Part shown: in pieces, positions 37,135-46,880 of the stretch
How positions within the stretch are numbered: position 1 is the first letter of the stretch
Layout: each line of letters starts with the position of its first letter
NCBI GenBank assembly: GCA_038850285.1
Contig: JAWCMA010000001.1
Location: 53,168-117,167 of the forward strand
Direction: 5' to 3'
DNA: 64,000 bases
Origin: Methanocellales archaeon
GTDB taxonomy: Archaea; Halobacteriota; JAWCLZ01
Notes under the pieces: model-generated
Told to the model about the DNA's origin: nothing
Database searches by the model: none
What the model saw: the letters and a program-made list of their open reading frames with translations, nothing else
Position numbers and translations under genes: made by a program

Positions 37135-38294
37135 ACACTTGCTTGCCAAAATCTCTCAAAAAATCTAGGATGAGCAACAGCGTGAATATGGGTATATTGA
37201 GCAATCGTGTTCTGCGCTATAATTCCATCTTTCTTTCCAGCAATTCCCTCCCCGCGCTTTACTTCAAATGCAAATTTTACATCATCCTCGACATATGCGC
37301 GGGAATAGTGATATTCATGGCCTCTTAAGATGTCGCCTTCCTCTGCAATTATGCAGTTCTCCCTTGCCCTTAACTCAACATAGCCTGCAAGTTTTTGCCC
37401 CATTTTAATATTAACGGGCACCACGCCTGCCATTTCATATCTCTTGCCTTTGATCTCTATCCATTGAGAAAGATAGATTAAACCCCCGCATTCGCCATAT
37501 ATTGGCATGCCTTCTTCAGCAGCTTTTTTAATGACCTGAAGCATTTGCTTATTCCTCGAGAGCTGCTCAGCATATAACTCTGGATACCCTCCGCCTATTA
37601 ATAGTCCATTTACCTCCGGGAGCTCATCATTCAAAGGAGAGAAATATATGATTTGAGCTCTCCTCTCAAGTTCTTCCAAGTTATAGGGATGATAAAAGCA
37701 AAAAGCTTGATCCCTCGCTACTCCAATTACAGGCTTATTTTCAACTTCCTTCTGAGTATTTTTAACTTCAAATTTGCATTCCCTTCCTAGCTTGATTATT
37801 CCCTCGATGTTTAAATATTGCGCGATCTCCAGGAGCTTTTCCACCCCTAGATTTAATTCATCTTCAAATCTAGCTCCAGCGAGCTGCTTTCTCTGGATCT
37901 CGACTTCTGAGAGGCGCGGTATTCTCCCCAGCAGGGTTTTCCCTGCTATAACTTTAATTGCTTCATTGCACTCAACAACAGCTATCACAGGTAAATTCAA
38001 AACCTCAGCAATCTCCTTGCTTTCCGCGATATTTCTCTCGCCCTCGACCACTGCGAAGTCGAATTCATCCTTTTTCCTAGAATAAACATATCTAACTCCA
38101 TTTCTGCCCATGGTGAAGATATCAAGGTTTTCCGCAGCTGTTTTCGCCAATAGAGAGGGATGACTTGGATGCGCGTAATCCGGGCCTGTTTTAAATGGCA
38201 TCACTCTATAGCCCATATTTTTAAGCCTAGCTATCAACGCAAGTGCAATAGCTTTTCTCTGCTGGGTGTTGCCAGCTACCATGAATCCCTTCAT
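37116..38294 (-). CDS. cobyrinate a,c-diamide synthase-like protein (CbiA/CobB/CfbB) with degenerate ATPase domain
   Basis: FKTGPDY, NLD, RDQAFCFY, GGGYPE, YGECGG, GHEYH intact; P-loop replaced by AGNTQQRKA. Confidence 0.78.
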   Translation of the reverse strand: MKGFMVAGNTQQRKAIALALIARLKNMGYRVMPFKTGPDYAHPSHPSLLAKTAAENLDIFTMGRNGVRYVYSRKKDEFDFAVVEGERNIAESKEIAEVLNLPVIAVVECNEAIKVIAGKTLLGRIPRLSEVEIQRKQLAGARFEDELNLGVEKLLEIAQYLNIEGIIKLGRECKFEVKNTQKEVENKPVIGVARDQAFCFYHPYNLEELERRAQIIYFSPLNDELPEVNGLLIGGGYPELYAEQLSRNKQMLQVIKKAAEEGMPIYGECGGLIYLSQWIEIKGKRYEMAGVVPVNIKMGQKLAGYVELRARENCIIAEEGDILRGHEYHYSRAYVEDDVKFAFEVKRGEGIAGKKDGIIAQNTIAQYTHIHAVAHPRFFERFWQASVQYARR

Positions 38295-39757
38295 CTCGCG
38301 CTTACCCCTGCTATTTTGAAGATCTGGTCTATATCCACGCTGCACCTCACCAGATCTGCTAGTGCTTTAAAGGGATCTCTCTTTATACTGAGGTTAATAT
38401 CAATATCTCTGCATCCCTTTTGCTCCTTGAGGTACTGCAGAAAAGCCAGCCTAAAGTGTTCATTCTCAAATAAGCCGTGGAGATATGTCCCGAGAGTTAA
38501 TCCTGAGTCATCGATGCAGCCATCGCTGCCAAAGATATGCCTCTTAGGTTGAGTTTCCGTCACTCCCATGTGTATCTCATAGCCCCATATATATCTATCC
38601 TTAATTCGACCTAAGATTGGCCCAAAGCCTCGAATTTTTTTGCGCACTTGCTTTGTTTGCTTTTCATAGCGCTCGAATCTAGTTAGAGCTGGTAGCAATC
38701 CGAGACCGCGAACTACGGCTTTTCTATCGCCTTCAATTGCCTCATCCACTATAGCCTCGCCCAGCATTTGATAGCCACCGCAGATCCCAATTATGGGAAT
38801 TTTACCAGCGAAATTCAAAATTTGTGCATCCATTTTCGCTTCTCGAAGAGCCTGTAAATCCGCTATGGTATTCTTGGTGCCTGGAATTATTATTGCATCT
38901 GGATTGCCAAGATCTTCATATAAGCCAACGTAGCGCACGCTTACTTCTTTCTCAAGCGGCTCGAAATCTGTGAAATTTGAAATTCTCGGGAGCTTAATAA
39001 CTGCAATTTCAATGGGTGAATTTCTTCTCTTCTTCTCCCTAAGCGATACTGAGTCTTCGGATGGGATATCTATATTTGAATAGGGAATTACACCTAGCAC
39101 TTTAACCTTAGTCAGTCTCTCCAACTGCCTTAACCCCGGTTCTAAGATCCTGAGGTCTCCTCGAAATTTATTGATTATTAATCCCTTAACAAGTTTTCTT
39201 TCCTCCTTTCTAAGTAAAGCCAAGCTGCCGTATAGGCTAGCAAAGACACCGCCGCGCTCGATATCGCCAACTAGTATAACAGGTGCTTTAACAAGTTTTG
39301 CAACCCGCATGTTAACAATATCTCTATCGTAGAGGTTGATCTCAGCTGTGCCGCCTGCGCCTTCGATAATTATTAACTCAAATTTCTTGCTTAATCTATG
39401 CAAAGCAGCTTTCACGATTTCCAGCATCCCATGGCTATCCCTATAATATTCCCCAGCCCTTCGATCGGCATAGGGCTTTCCAAGCACAACCACCTGTGAA
39501 ATCATATCGCCTTTTGGCTTAAGCAGCACTGGATTCATGTCCACTTCTGGCTCTAATCCAGCGGCTTTTGCTTGTATAGCTTGAGCGATTCCAATTTCAA
39601 AGCCATCCTTGGTTACCCAGGAATTGAGACTCATATTCTGCGCTTTAAAAGGCGCTACTTTGATTCCTCTGTCTGCGAAGATTTTGCAAAGCGCAGTTAC
39701 CAGAGTGCTCTTGCCAACGTGTGAAGCAGTTCCCTGTATCATTAGATATTTTGTCAT
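38291..39757 (-). CDS. cobQ: cobyric acid synthase
   Basis: QGTASHVGKS, PFKAQNMSLNS, EGAG, ISNFTDF, PGTKNT, GICGGYQMLG, GYEIH. Confidence 0.95.
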   Translation of the reverse strand: MTKYLMIQGTASHVGKSTLVTALCKIFADRGIKVAPFKAQNMSLNSWVTKDGFEIGIAQAIQAKAAGLEPEVDMNPVLLKPKGDMISQVVVLGKPYADRRAGEYYRDSHGMLEIVKAALHRLSKKFELIIIEGAGGTAEINLYDRDIVNMRVAKLVKAPVILVGDIERGGVFASLYGSLALLRKEERKLVKGLIINKFRGDLRILEPGLRQLERLTKVKVLGVIPYSNIDIPSEDSVSLREKKRRNSPIEIAVIKLPRISNFTDFEPLEKEVSVRYVGLYEDLGNPDAIIIPGTKNTIADLQALREAKMDAQILNFAGKIPIIGICGGYQMLGEAIVDEAIEGDRKAVVRGLGLLPALTRFERYEKQTKQVRKKIRGFGPILGRIKDRYIWGYEIHMGVTETQPKRHIFGSDGCIDDSGLTLGTYLHGLFENEHFRLAFLQYLKEQKGCRDIDINLSIKRDPFKALADLVRCSVDIDQIFKIAGVSAR

Positions 39758-39818
39758 CTATGAAAAGCAATTGTTTTATTTTACTATTAATTATTAATCC
39801 TTTACAGCGAGGTAGAAA

Positions 39819-40142
39819 TTGAATCGAGAAAAGTGCGAGTATTATCCCTGTCACTTTGAAGGGCAGGATTGCAGGCTGTGCTACTGTCCTTTCTATCCAT
39901 GTCAAGACTTCAGGACTAGGGGGAAATATAAAGCTCAAGCATGCGAGGTGATCTGGAGCTGCAGGGATTGCGATTTTATCCATCGAAAGGAAGTGGCTGA
40001 TGAGGTTATCCAGGAGTTAATGCAGATATGCGATGAAAAAGATTTTCAGAATATTAGATTTAAAATCGAAGGGGATAAGCTTAGTCGAATCTTTGAAAAA
40101 ATAGCGAAGAAATATCTCGAGAATCTGGAGAAGCGGCGATGA
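39819..40142 (+). CDS. cysteine-rich small domain protein (cobalamin-associated)
   Basis: CEYYPCHF..QDC..CYCPFYPC...WSC..C..IH. Confidence 0.85.
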   Translation: MNREKCEYYPCHFEGQDCRLCYCPFYPCQDFRTRGKYKAQACEVIWSCRDCDFIHRKEVADEVIQELMQICDEKDFQNIRFKIEGDKLSRIFEKIAKKYLENLEKRR

Positions 40143-41068
40143 ATTCCATGGATGCTGCTATCATATTGCTGCTTGCAATTCTCTGGGATGTGACCCTTGG
40201 CGAGCCGCCTCCTTTTCTTCACCCTGTGGTGTGGATGGGGAGAGCCATTGATTTTTTCCAGCGTAAAGCTCCTCCTCGCAAGAGAAGGCTTTATGGCACT
40301 TGCATGGCTATTTTCTTAATTGGCTTCATAGCTTTTTCAGGCTATCTCGCGGTGGAACTTATGATCTCTTTCAACCGCGGACTCGGGGCTTTAACTGGTG
40401 CTTTTCTCCTTAAGAGCACCTTTGCTTTTAAAAGCTTGGTTCAAGCTGCTGGTAGAGTTGCCAAATCGCTTGAGGGGGGAGATATAGAAATTGCAAGGCA
40501 GCATTTGCATTGGCTGTGCAGCCGCAATGCAAGTAAATTAACTCACCATGGGATTGCTTCCACTGCGATTGAATCATGCGGGGAGAACTTCGTGGATGCC
40601 ATTCTCTCTCCACTTTTTTATTACACCCTTTTCAGCTTCTCAGGTTTTGGAATTTTCGCAGCTCTTGCTTTTAAAGTAGCAAGCACTCTTGATTCGATGA
40701 TTGGCTATAAAGCTGAGCCATTTAGAGATATTGGTTTTTTCGCTGCAAAGCTTGATGATTTGCTGAATTTCCCAACCGCTAGAATTTCAATTCTTTTACT
40801 CTCCCTCGCCTTGGGCTCTCCTTTGAAATCGATCAGCATTGCTTTGAGGGATGGCGGTAAAACAGCAAGTCCAAATTCAGGTTATCCCATGGCAGCGCTT
40901 GCAGGTGCGCTTGAAGTTAGGCTTGAGAAAAGGAATTCTGAGGAAAGCTATGTGCTTGGAGGGGAATTCAAACTGCCTTTAGCTGGGGATATTAAAAGGG
41001 CAGTGAAAGCTGTAAAGCGTGCTTCACTAGTTAGTTTTGCCATTTCATTAATTGCACTACTGCTATAA
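40139..41068 (+). CDS. cbiB: adenosylcobinamide-phosphate synthase CbiB/CobD
   Basis: GEPP..HPVVWMG, ES..EN..D, LDSMIGY, DD.LNF..AR, SPNSG.PMAA. Confidence 0.93.
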   Translation: MNSMDAAIILLLAILWDVTLGEPPPFLHPVVWMGRAIDFFQRKAPPRKRRLYGTCMAIFLIGFIAFSGYLAVELMISFNRGLGALTGAFLLKSTFAFKSLVQAAGRVAKSLEGGDIEIARQHLHWLCSRNASKLTHHGIASTAIESCGENFVDAILSPLFYYTLFSFSGFGIFAALAFKVASTLDSMIGYKAEPFRDIGFFAAKLDDLLNFPTARISILLLSLALGSPLKSISIALRDGGKTASPNSGYPMAALAGALEVRLEKRNSEESYVLGGEFKLPLAGDIKRAVKAVKRASLVSFAISLIALLL

Positions 41069-41150
41069 AGAAGAGAAAAGGAAAAGGAAAAAAATAAAAT
41101 AAAAAATAATGTAAGAAAAAATTTTAATATTAGAATTTTGCATAATATAT

Positions 41151-41211
41151 AATGACCGTGAGTTTAAGTTTTCTACCCTCCTCAAAACCTCCTTAAACTC
41201 TCACGGTCATT
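41151..41211. other. long imperfect inverted repeat (hairpin) between convergent genes
   Basis: AATGACCGTGAGTTTAAG ... CTTAAACTCTCACGGTCATT, 18 bp pairing with a 2-nt bulge. Confidence 0.75.
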
Positions 41212-41224
41212 TTCTCGCTTAATT

Positions 41225-41368
41225 CTACTTCTGCTTGCTGTTTAATTTTTCCTCTAAGAGGATATCCTCTATAATAAAATCATAAGAGCGCTTGCTCCAC
41301 AGCCAGTCCTCTTTCTCGCGCTGCGAGTGAAACTTCCTTTGCACTTCGCAAAACTCCATCCCGCTCAT
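41225..41368 (-). CDS. 47-aa hypothetical microprotein (absent from the ORF track)
   Basis: MSGMEFCEVQRKFHSQREKEDWLWSKRSYDFIIEDILLEEKLNSKQK, directly downstream of nfi. Confidence 0.4.
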   Translation of the reverse strand: MSGMEFCEVQRKFHSQREKEDWLWSKRSYDFIIEDILLEEKLNSKQK

Positions 41369-41390
41369 ACCTATGACCCCTATTCTATCA

Positions 41391-42077
41391 TTATTTTATA
41401 TTTAAATATGTTTTGCTTTTGCTTTTACTTTTTTCATTTTCAAAGCTCTTAGCTTCATTTGCAAATAAGTGAGCTAGTCTCAAAGGCTCAGGTAGCTTAT
41501 GGCCTCGCAAGCAATGCTTCACGATTTTCACTGCACTTTTAAGCGAGATTTTATGCCCGGGAGCGACCACTATGGGACGGCAGTTTGACTTGCTCAGCAG
41601 CAGTACTGCTGTTTTCCTTCCTTCCTGCATTATAAATTTGAATTCTCCCTCCCGCTGAGGCTTGCTTTGAATTTCTCCGCAGAGAAGGCTCTTGCTAACT
41701 CCAATTGCTGAGATGTCAAGTTCCACGCCCACGTGGGAGGCTAGTCCAGCTTTACGAGGATGATTAATCCCGCAGCCATCGACGATTAAAATATCTGGTT
41801 TAATTTCCAACCTGCTGAAGGCTTTGATTATCGCTAAACCCTCTCGGAAGAAGAGATAGCCGGGTAGATATGGAAATTTTATTTCATCAATTGCCATAGA
41901 GCGAGTTTTAATTTCCAAGCTCTCATAATCGAGGACCGCGATGCAGGAAATGATTTTGCTATTGAAAAAAGCTTGATCCACTCCGCCTATTAACTTAAGC
42001 GCTGGGAATCGATCTTTCAATATAACTCTTGCTGCAACTTCCCTCTGAATTTCATTAAGGGCTTCATATTCAATCAT
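41391..42077 (-). CDS. nfi: endonuclease V
   Basis: GGVD, FPYLPG.L.FRE, VDG.GINHPR..GLASH.G, IGVSK, LPEP.R.AH. Confidence 0.93.
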   Translation of the reverse strand: MIEYEALNEIQREVAARVILKDRFPALKLIGGVDQAFFNSKIISCIAVLDYESLEIKTRSMAIDEIKFPYLPGYLFFREGLAIIKAFSRLEIKPDILIVDGCGINHPRKAGLASHVGVELDISAIGVSKSLLCGEIQSKPQREGEFKFIMQEGRKTAVLLLSKSNCRPIVVAPGHKISLKSAVKIVKHCLRGHKLPEPLRLAHLFANEAKSFENEKSKSKSKTYLNIK

Positions 42078-43621
42078 AGTACATCTAGGGTAATTGAGAT
42101 GAAAACTGGACCTCTTATATCAATTTTTTTCTTCCGGTCCATTATGAATTTTCTAACTGAATCGGAGATCTTCACATTTACATCCCCCGCAGAGCGGACT
42201 ATTTTAACCTTCACCTCAGCTTCTTTTTTACCTAGTAGTACTGCTTTTTCAAACTCGCTGGCCGCTAGATTTGCAATTGCCTCGATATAGCTTATGCCTG
42301 TAGATACATTGTGGGTTTTGATATCGCCTATGATATTTCCATTCTCCACATAAATCTTATTGAAGGCAGCGGGACCTAGTAGCTTCTTACCTTTTTCTTT
42401 TTCTCTGATTTTCACTTCAACCTTTTTATCATACAGCTTGCCTTTATAAGCGAGAAATTCGCAGGGTGCTATTGCATTGCCATATTTCTTTGCAGTTTCC
42501 AGAATAGCTTGGGCAATAGCTATGCCTTCAATGGAATCTGGCTTTCGGTCTATTTCGATTAATTCGACTATTTGCTCATCGCTATATTCAAGCATTGAAT
42601 AAAGCTCTGGGTAGTGGACTTCTCTTATATCATTTATTCCCTCGCTTATCATGATTATCCTCCCAAGTCCAGGTCCGGAATTGAAAACTGGGTATTTAAT
42701 TCCATAGTTGGCAAGAGCAACTGGGGAGTACATTCCGATCTCGCTAACCTCCACCCATCCCAGTTTTTCGTGGTTTATATATACCTCATAATTAGTGCCA
42801 GGTGCGTAGTAGGCAGGTGCATTTGGCTTGGGCTGGAATTTAACTTCTGGAAATCCTATTCTATTGAAGAATTCCTGGGTGATATATTTTCCATCCTCAA
42901 TTGTTAGATCGCTGTTCATCACAGCCATGCTGAGATTGTAATGCGCTTTGAGATGCGTTGGGTCTTCGCGCTGCTCTCTGCGATAGCGCCAGCCGAAGGT
43001 AAAGAGCATGATTGGTAACTCTCTTTTTCCCTGAATCTCCCTCAAGGTAGGGAACCAAGCTGTGGTAAGATGTGAGACCAACGCGAGATTCGTTGGCTTT
43101 GGCTCTATATACTTGAGCTCTTGAAATACCTCGTTTATTAGGTAAAGGGCGTCTTCAGTTTTTATTTTCAAACGCGTTACCAGAGCCTCTGTAAAATCTT
43201 CTCCTGCTGCTATTTTCTCCCGCTTGTAATCCCTCAGAATCTGCTGTAGCTCCTTGTATTTATCAAAATTTGGGAGTCTTTTTTTTATTAATTGTTTTTT
43301 CTCATCCGATAATCCAATGTCCGGCCTAGGTATTGAAGCAAGGTAGTACAGGCGGTCTATAATCGCAGGTGCTTCTGGACCATATTGAAGTCTTATGTGA
43401 TTGTCTTCCCAAATTGGCTTCAGCACCACTTCATCAAAGCCCATTTCAAGCAACTGATCTTTGATTTTATCGGAGTATAAAGTGAGCAAGTGCTTTTTGC
43501 CCTTTCTCTCAGGCAGTTTGAAGGAGGTACGCTTTCCACTTACTAGCTTGGCTGTTTCCAGCCAGGTTTTCTCAAAATTCTGCTTTGCATTTTCTCTGAT
43601 TTTCTTCACATCGAATTCCAT
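42074..43621 (-). CDS. sepS: O-phosphoseryl-tRNA(Cys) synthetase
   Basis: QYGPEAPAI.DR.YYLA..PRPDIG, RREQRED..HL, GMYSPVALANY.I.YPV, LLGPAA.N, IDIRGPVF. Confidence 0.9.
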   Translation of the reverse strand: MEFDVKKIRENAKQNFEKTWLETAKLVSGKRTSFKLPERKGKKHLLTLYSDKIKDQLLEMGFDEVVLKPIWEDNHIRLQYGPEAPAIIDRLYYLASIPRPDIGLSDEKKQLIKKRLPNFDKYKELQQILRDYKREKIAAGEDFTEALVTRLKIKTEDALYLINEVFQELKYIEPKPTNLALVSHLTTAWFPTLREIQGKRELPIMLFTFGWRYRREQREDPTHLKAHYNLSMAVMNSDLTIEDGKYITQEFFNRIGFPEVKFQPKPNAPAYYAPGTNYEVYINHEKLGWVEVSEIGMYSPVALANYGIKYPVFNSGPGLGRIIMISEGINDIREVHYPELYSMLEYSDEQIVELIEIDRKPDSIEGIAIAQAILETAKKYGNAIAPCEFLAYKGKLYDKKVEVKIREKEKGKKLLGPAAFNKIYVENGNIIGDIKTHNVSTGISYIEAIANLAASEFEKAVLLGKKEAEVKVKIVRSAGDVNVKISDSVRKFIMDRKKKIDIRGPVFISITLDVL

Positions 43622-43631
43622 TAAAATCAAC

Positions 43632-46600
43632 CTAAATTAGAGCTCTAGGTTCTTTCGGCATTTTTATTTCAATTCCAAGGTAGCCCTGTATTGAGTTTAT
43701 TGAGATCTTACCCTTTTTTATCGCTTCAACTGCATCTGCACTTGCACGAGCTGCTTGAAGGGTGGTAACATAGGGAACTCCTAGGTCTACTGCGCTCCGC
43801 CTGATCTCATAGCCGTCTTTTCTCGCTTGACTTAGCTTTGAAGCTGGTGTATTGATTATCAATCCAATTTCCCCTCTTCGCATTAAATCGATTACATTGG
43901 GAGAGCCTTCTGATATTTTTTTAATGCTCTCAATTTTTAATCCGTGTTTTTGCAGAAATGAGGCTGTGCCACTTGTTGCCACAAGCTCGTATCCCGCTTC
44001 TGAGAACTTGCGGGCTATTTTCACCATTGCGAGTTTATCTTCATCTCGAATGGAAATAAATATCTTGCCTTTCAATGGCAGTGGATTGCCAGCTGCAAGT
44101 TCTGCTTTGAAGAAGCTCAATCCAAAATCTCTATCTATTCCCATTACCTCGCCTGTGCTCTTCATCTCAGGACCTAAAATTGGATCTGCACCCGGGAGTT
44201 TGTCGAAGGGTAAAACTACCTCTTTAATTGAAATATACCTTGGTTTGGGCTCCTCAATATAGCCAAGTTCTCTCAGCGTATGACCTATCATTACCTTCGC
44301 CGCTATTTTTGCCAGCGGGATTCCAGTTGCCTTGGAAACATAGGGAATGGTTCTACTCGCTCTTGGATTTGCCTCCAGCACGTAGACTTTACCTCCTCTC
44401 ACTGCCATTTGTATATTAATCAAGCCAATTACTTTTAATCCCAGTGCAATTTTCCTAGTGTAATCGCGTATGATATCTAGAATTTCCTTGCTCAGCGATT
44501 GGGTGGGTATTACTGTGGCTGAGTCGCCTGAATGCACGCCTGCTTCTTCTATGTGCTCCATTATAGCTCCTATTAAAACATCATTTCCATCGCAAACCGC
44601 GTCAACGTCTATTTCAATGGCATTGTCGAGGAAATCGTCAATCAAAACCGGATGCTCGCGGGATACCTTAACCGCTTCCTTCATATACTGCTCAAGTTCT
44701 ACTTCATTGTTGACTATTTCCATTGCTCTTCCGCCTAAGACATAGCTTGGTCTTACTAATACAGGGTAGCCGATTTTCCTCGCGATTTGCTTTGCTTCTT
44801 CATAGGACATTGCACACCCACTATTGGGCTGGAGAATCTTGAGTTTCTTGCAGAGGTTTGAAAATAGTTCTCTATCCTCAGCTACCTCGATCATCTCAGG
44901 AGGGGTTCCTAAGATTTTGGTGGGCAGGTCTTTTCTGCGTTTAAGCTCTCTTTGAAGGGGCATGGTTAAGTTTATAGAAGTTTGCCCTCCAAATTGCACC
45001 ATTATTCCATAGGGTTTTTCCCGCTCTATTATATTCATCACATCTTCTAAGGTAATTGGCTCAAAGAAGAGCTTATCAGAGGTATCGTAATCTGTGGAAA
45101 CTGTTTCAGGATTGTTATTAATAATCTGCGCCTCAATTCCTTCCTCGCGAAGGGCAAGTACAGCGTGCACGGTGCAGTAGTCGAATTCTATTCCTTGGCC
45201 AATGCGAATTGGCCCGGAGCCTATTATTAATACCTTTTTGCGCTTAGATGGATTTGCCTCGCATTGATCTTCATAGGTGGAGTAGTAATAGGGTGTTTTA
45301 GCTTCGAATTCCGCGGCACAGGTGTCAACCATTTTATAGGTTGGATTTATCCCGTGGCTTCGCCTGTAGTTGTTAACTCTAATTCGGGATTTCTTCACCA
45401 ACGCTGCTATTCGCTCGTCAGTGAAGCCCATGCGCTTGGCTTTTCTAACATTTTCAGGAGTTAAGCCTTCGCGTTGAAGTTCTTCTTCCATTTCAATTAT
45501 TAATTTAATTTTTTTAATGAAAAATGGATCCCACTTTGTTAACCGCGCTATTTCCTCTATTGAGAATCCAGATTTTAATGCTTTATATATAGCGAATAGC
45601 CTTTCATCAGTGGGATGCTCAAGTAAATCAATTATTTCCTCCTGTGTCCAGTTACCATAGCCTAGGTCTTTGTCTATATCAAGGGAGCGCATGGCTTTTT
45701 GCAGGGCTTCTTCAAAGGTTCGCCCAATTGCCATTACTTCGCCTGTGCTCTTCATCGAAGTGCCAAGTCTTTTATCAGCTGTGGGAAATTTATCAAATGG
45801 CCAGCGCGGTATCTTAACCACTACATAGTCAATGGTTGGCTCAAAACTCGCTGGAGTGCTCTTGGTTACGTCGTTTTTAATTTCATCGAGGTATAGTCCA
45901 ACTGCTATCTTCGCAGCCACTCTTGCAATGGGGTAACCTGTTGCCTTTGATGCAAGCGCTGAAGACCTCGAAACCCTTGGGTTAACCTCTATAACTCTAT
46001 ATTCGTGGTCTTTCAATGCAAATTGAATATTGCATCCTCCCTCTATACCCAGTGCTCGAATTATTTTAATTGCAGCGCTTCTGAGCATTTGATGATCCTC
46101 ATCGGAGAGGGTTTGAGAAGGGGTTACTACTATCGATTCCCCAGTATGTATACCCATTGGGTCTATATTCTCCATGTTGCAGATCGTTATGCAGGTATTT
46201 CGCGCGTCTCTCATAACTTCATATTCAAATTCCTTCCAACCTAGCACGCATTCTTCGATCAGCACTTGATGAATGCGCGACCGCTTCAAACCAGAATCCA
46301 CAATTATCTTAAGCTCCTCCATGCTATTTGCAATCCCGCTTCCCGTGCCGCCCAATGTGTAAGCTGGTCTTATGATCACAGGCAACCTGAGTTCTTCTGC
46401 GACTTGCACTGCATCTTCAACTGTGGTAACAGCTTTGCTTCTAGGTACTTTCTCCCCTATCCTCTGCATTGCGATTCGGAATCTATCCCTATCCTCCGAA
46501 TCATAAATGGCTTCCAAGGGCGTGCCGAGAACTTTCACACCATATTTATCTAGCACTCCCATTTCAGCTAGCTCGCTTGTTATATTTAAAGCCGTCTGCC

Positions 46601-46874
46601 CGCCTAGGCCTGCGATTATGCCATCAGGTCTCTCTTTTTCGATGATCTCAGCCACTATCTCAGGTACAATTGGTTCTATGTATATCGCATCTGCCATATC
46701 TGGATCAGTCATTATTGTTGCCGGGTTGGAGTTCACTAAAACAACGCTCACCCCTTCCTCGCGCAGTGCCTTGCAAGCTTGGGTGCCTGAGAAGTCAAAT
46801 TCAGCCGCTTGTCCAATTATTATTGGCCCAGAGCCTATTACCAGTACTTTTTTAATATCACTTCGCCTAGGCAG
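43632..46874 (-). CDS. carB: carbamoyl-phosphate synthase large subunit (CTG start)
   Basis: Frame continues upstream of the track start as [36 protein letters not shown]; two ATP-grasp halves and an MGS domain. Confidence 0.96.
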   Translation of the reverse strand: [1080 protein letters not shown]

Positions 46875-46880
46875 TTTTTC

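Noticed and set aside
43632-46874. carB as a 5'-truncated pseudogene
   Set aside because: The frame is open with the conserved N-terminus up to a CTG with a good SD
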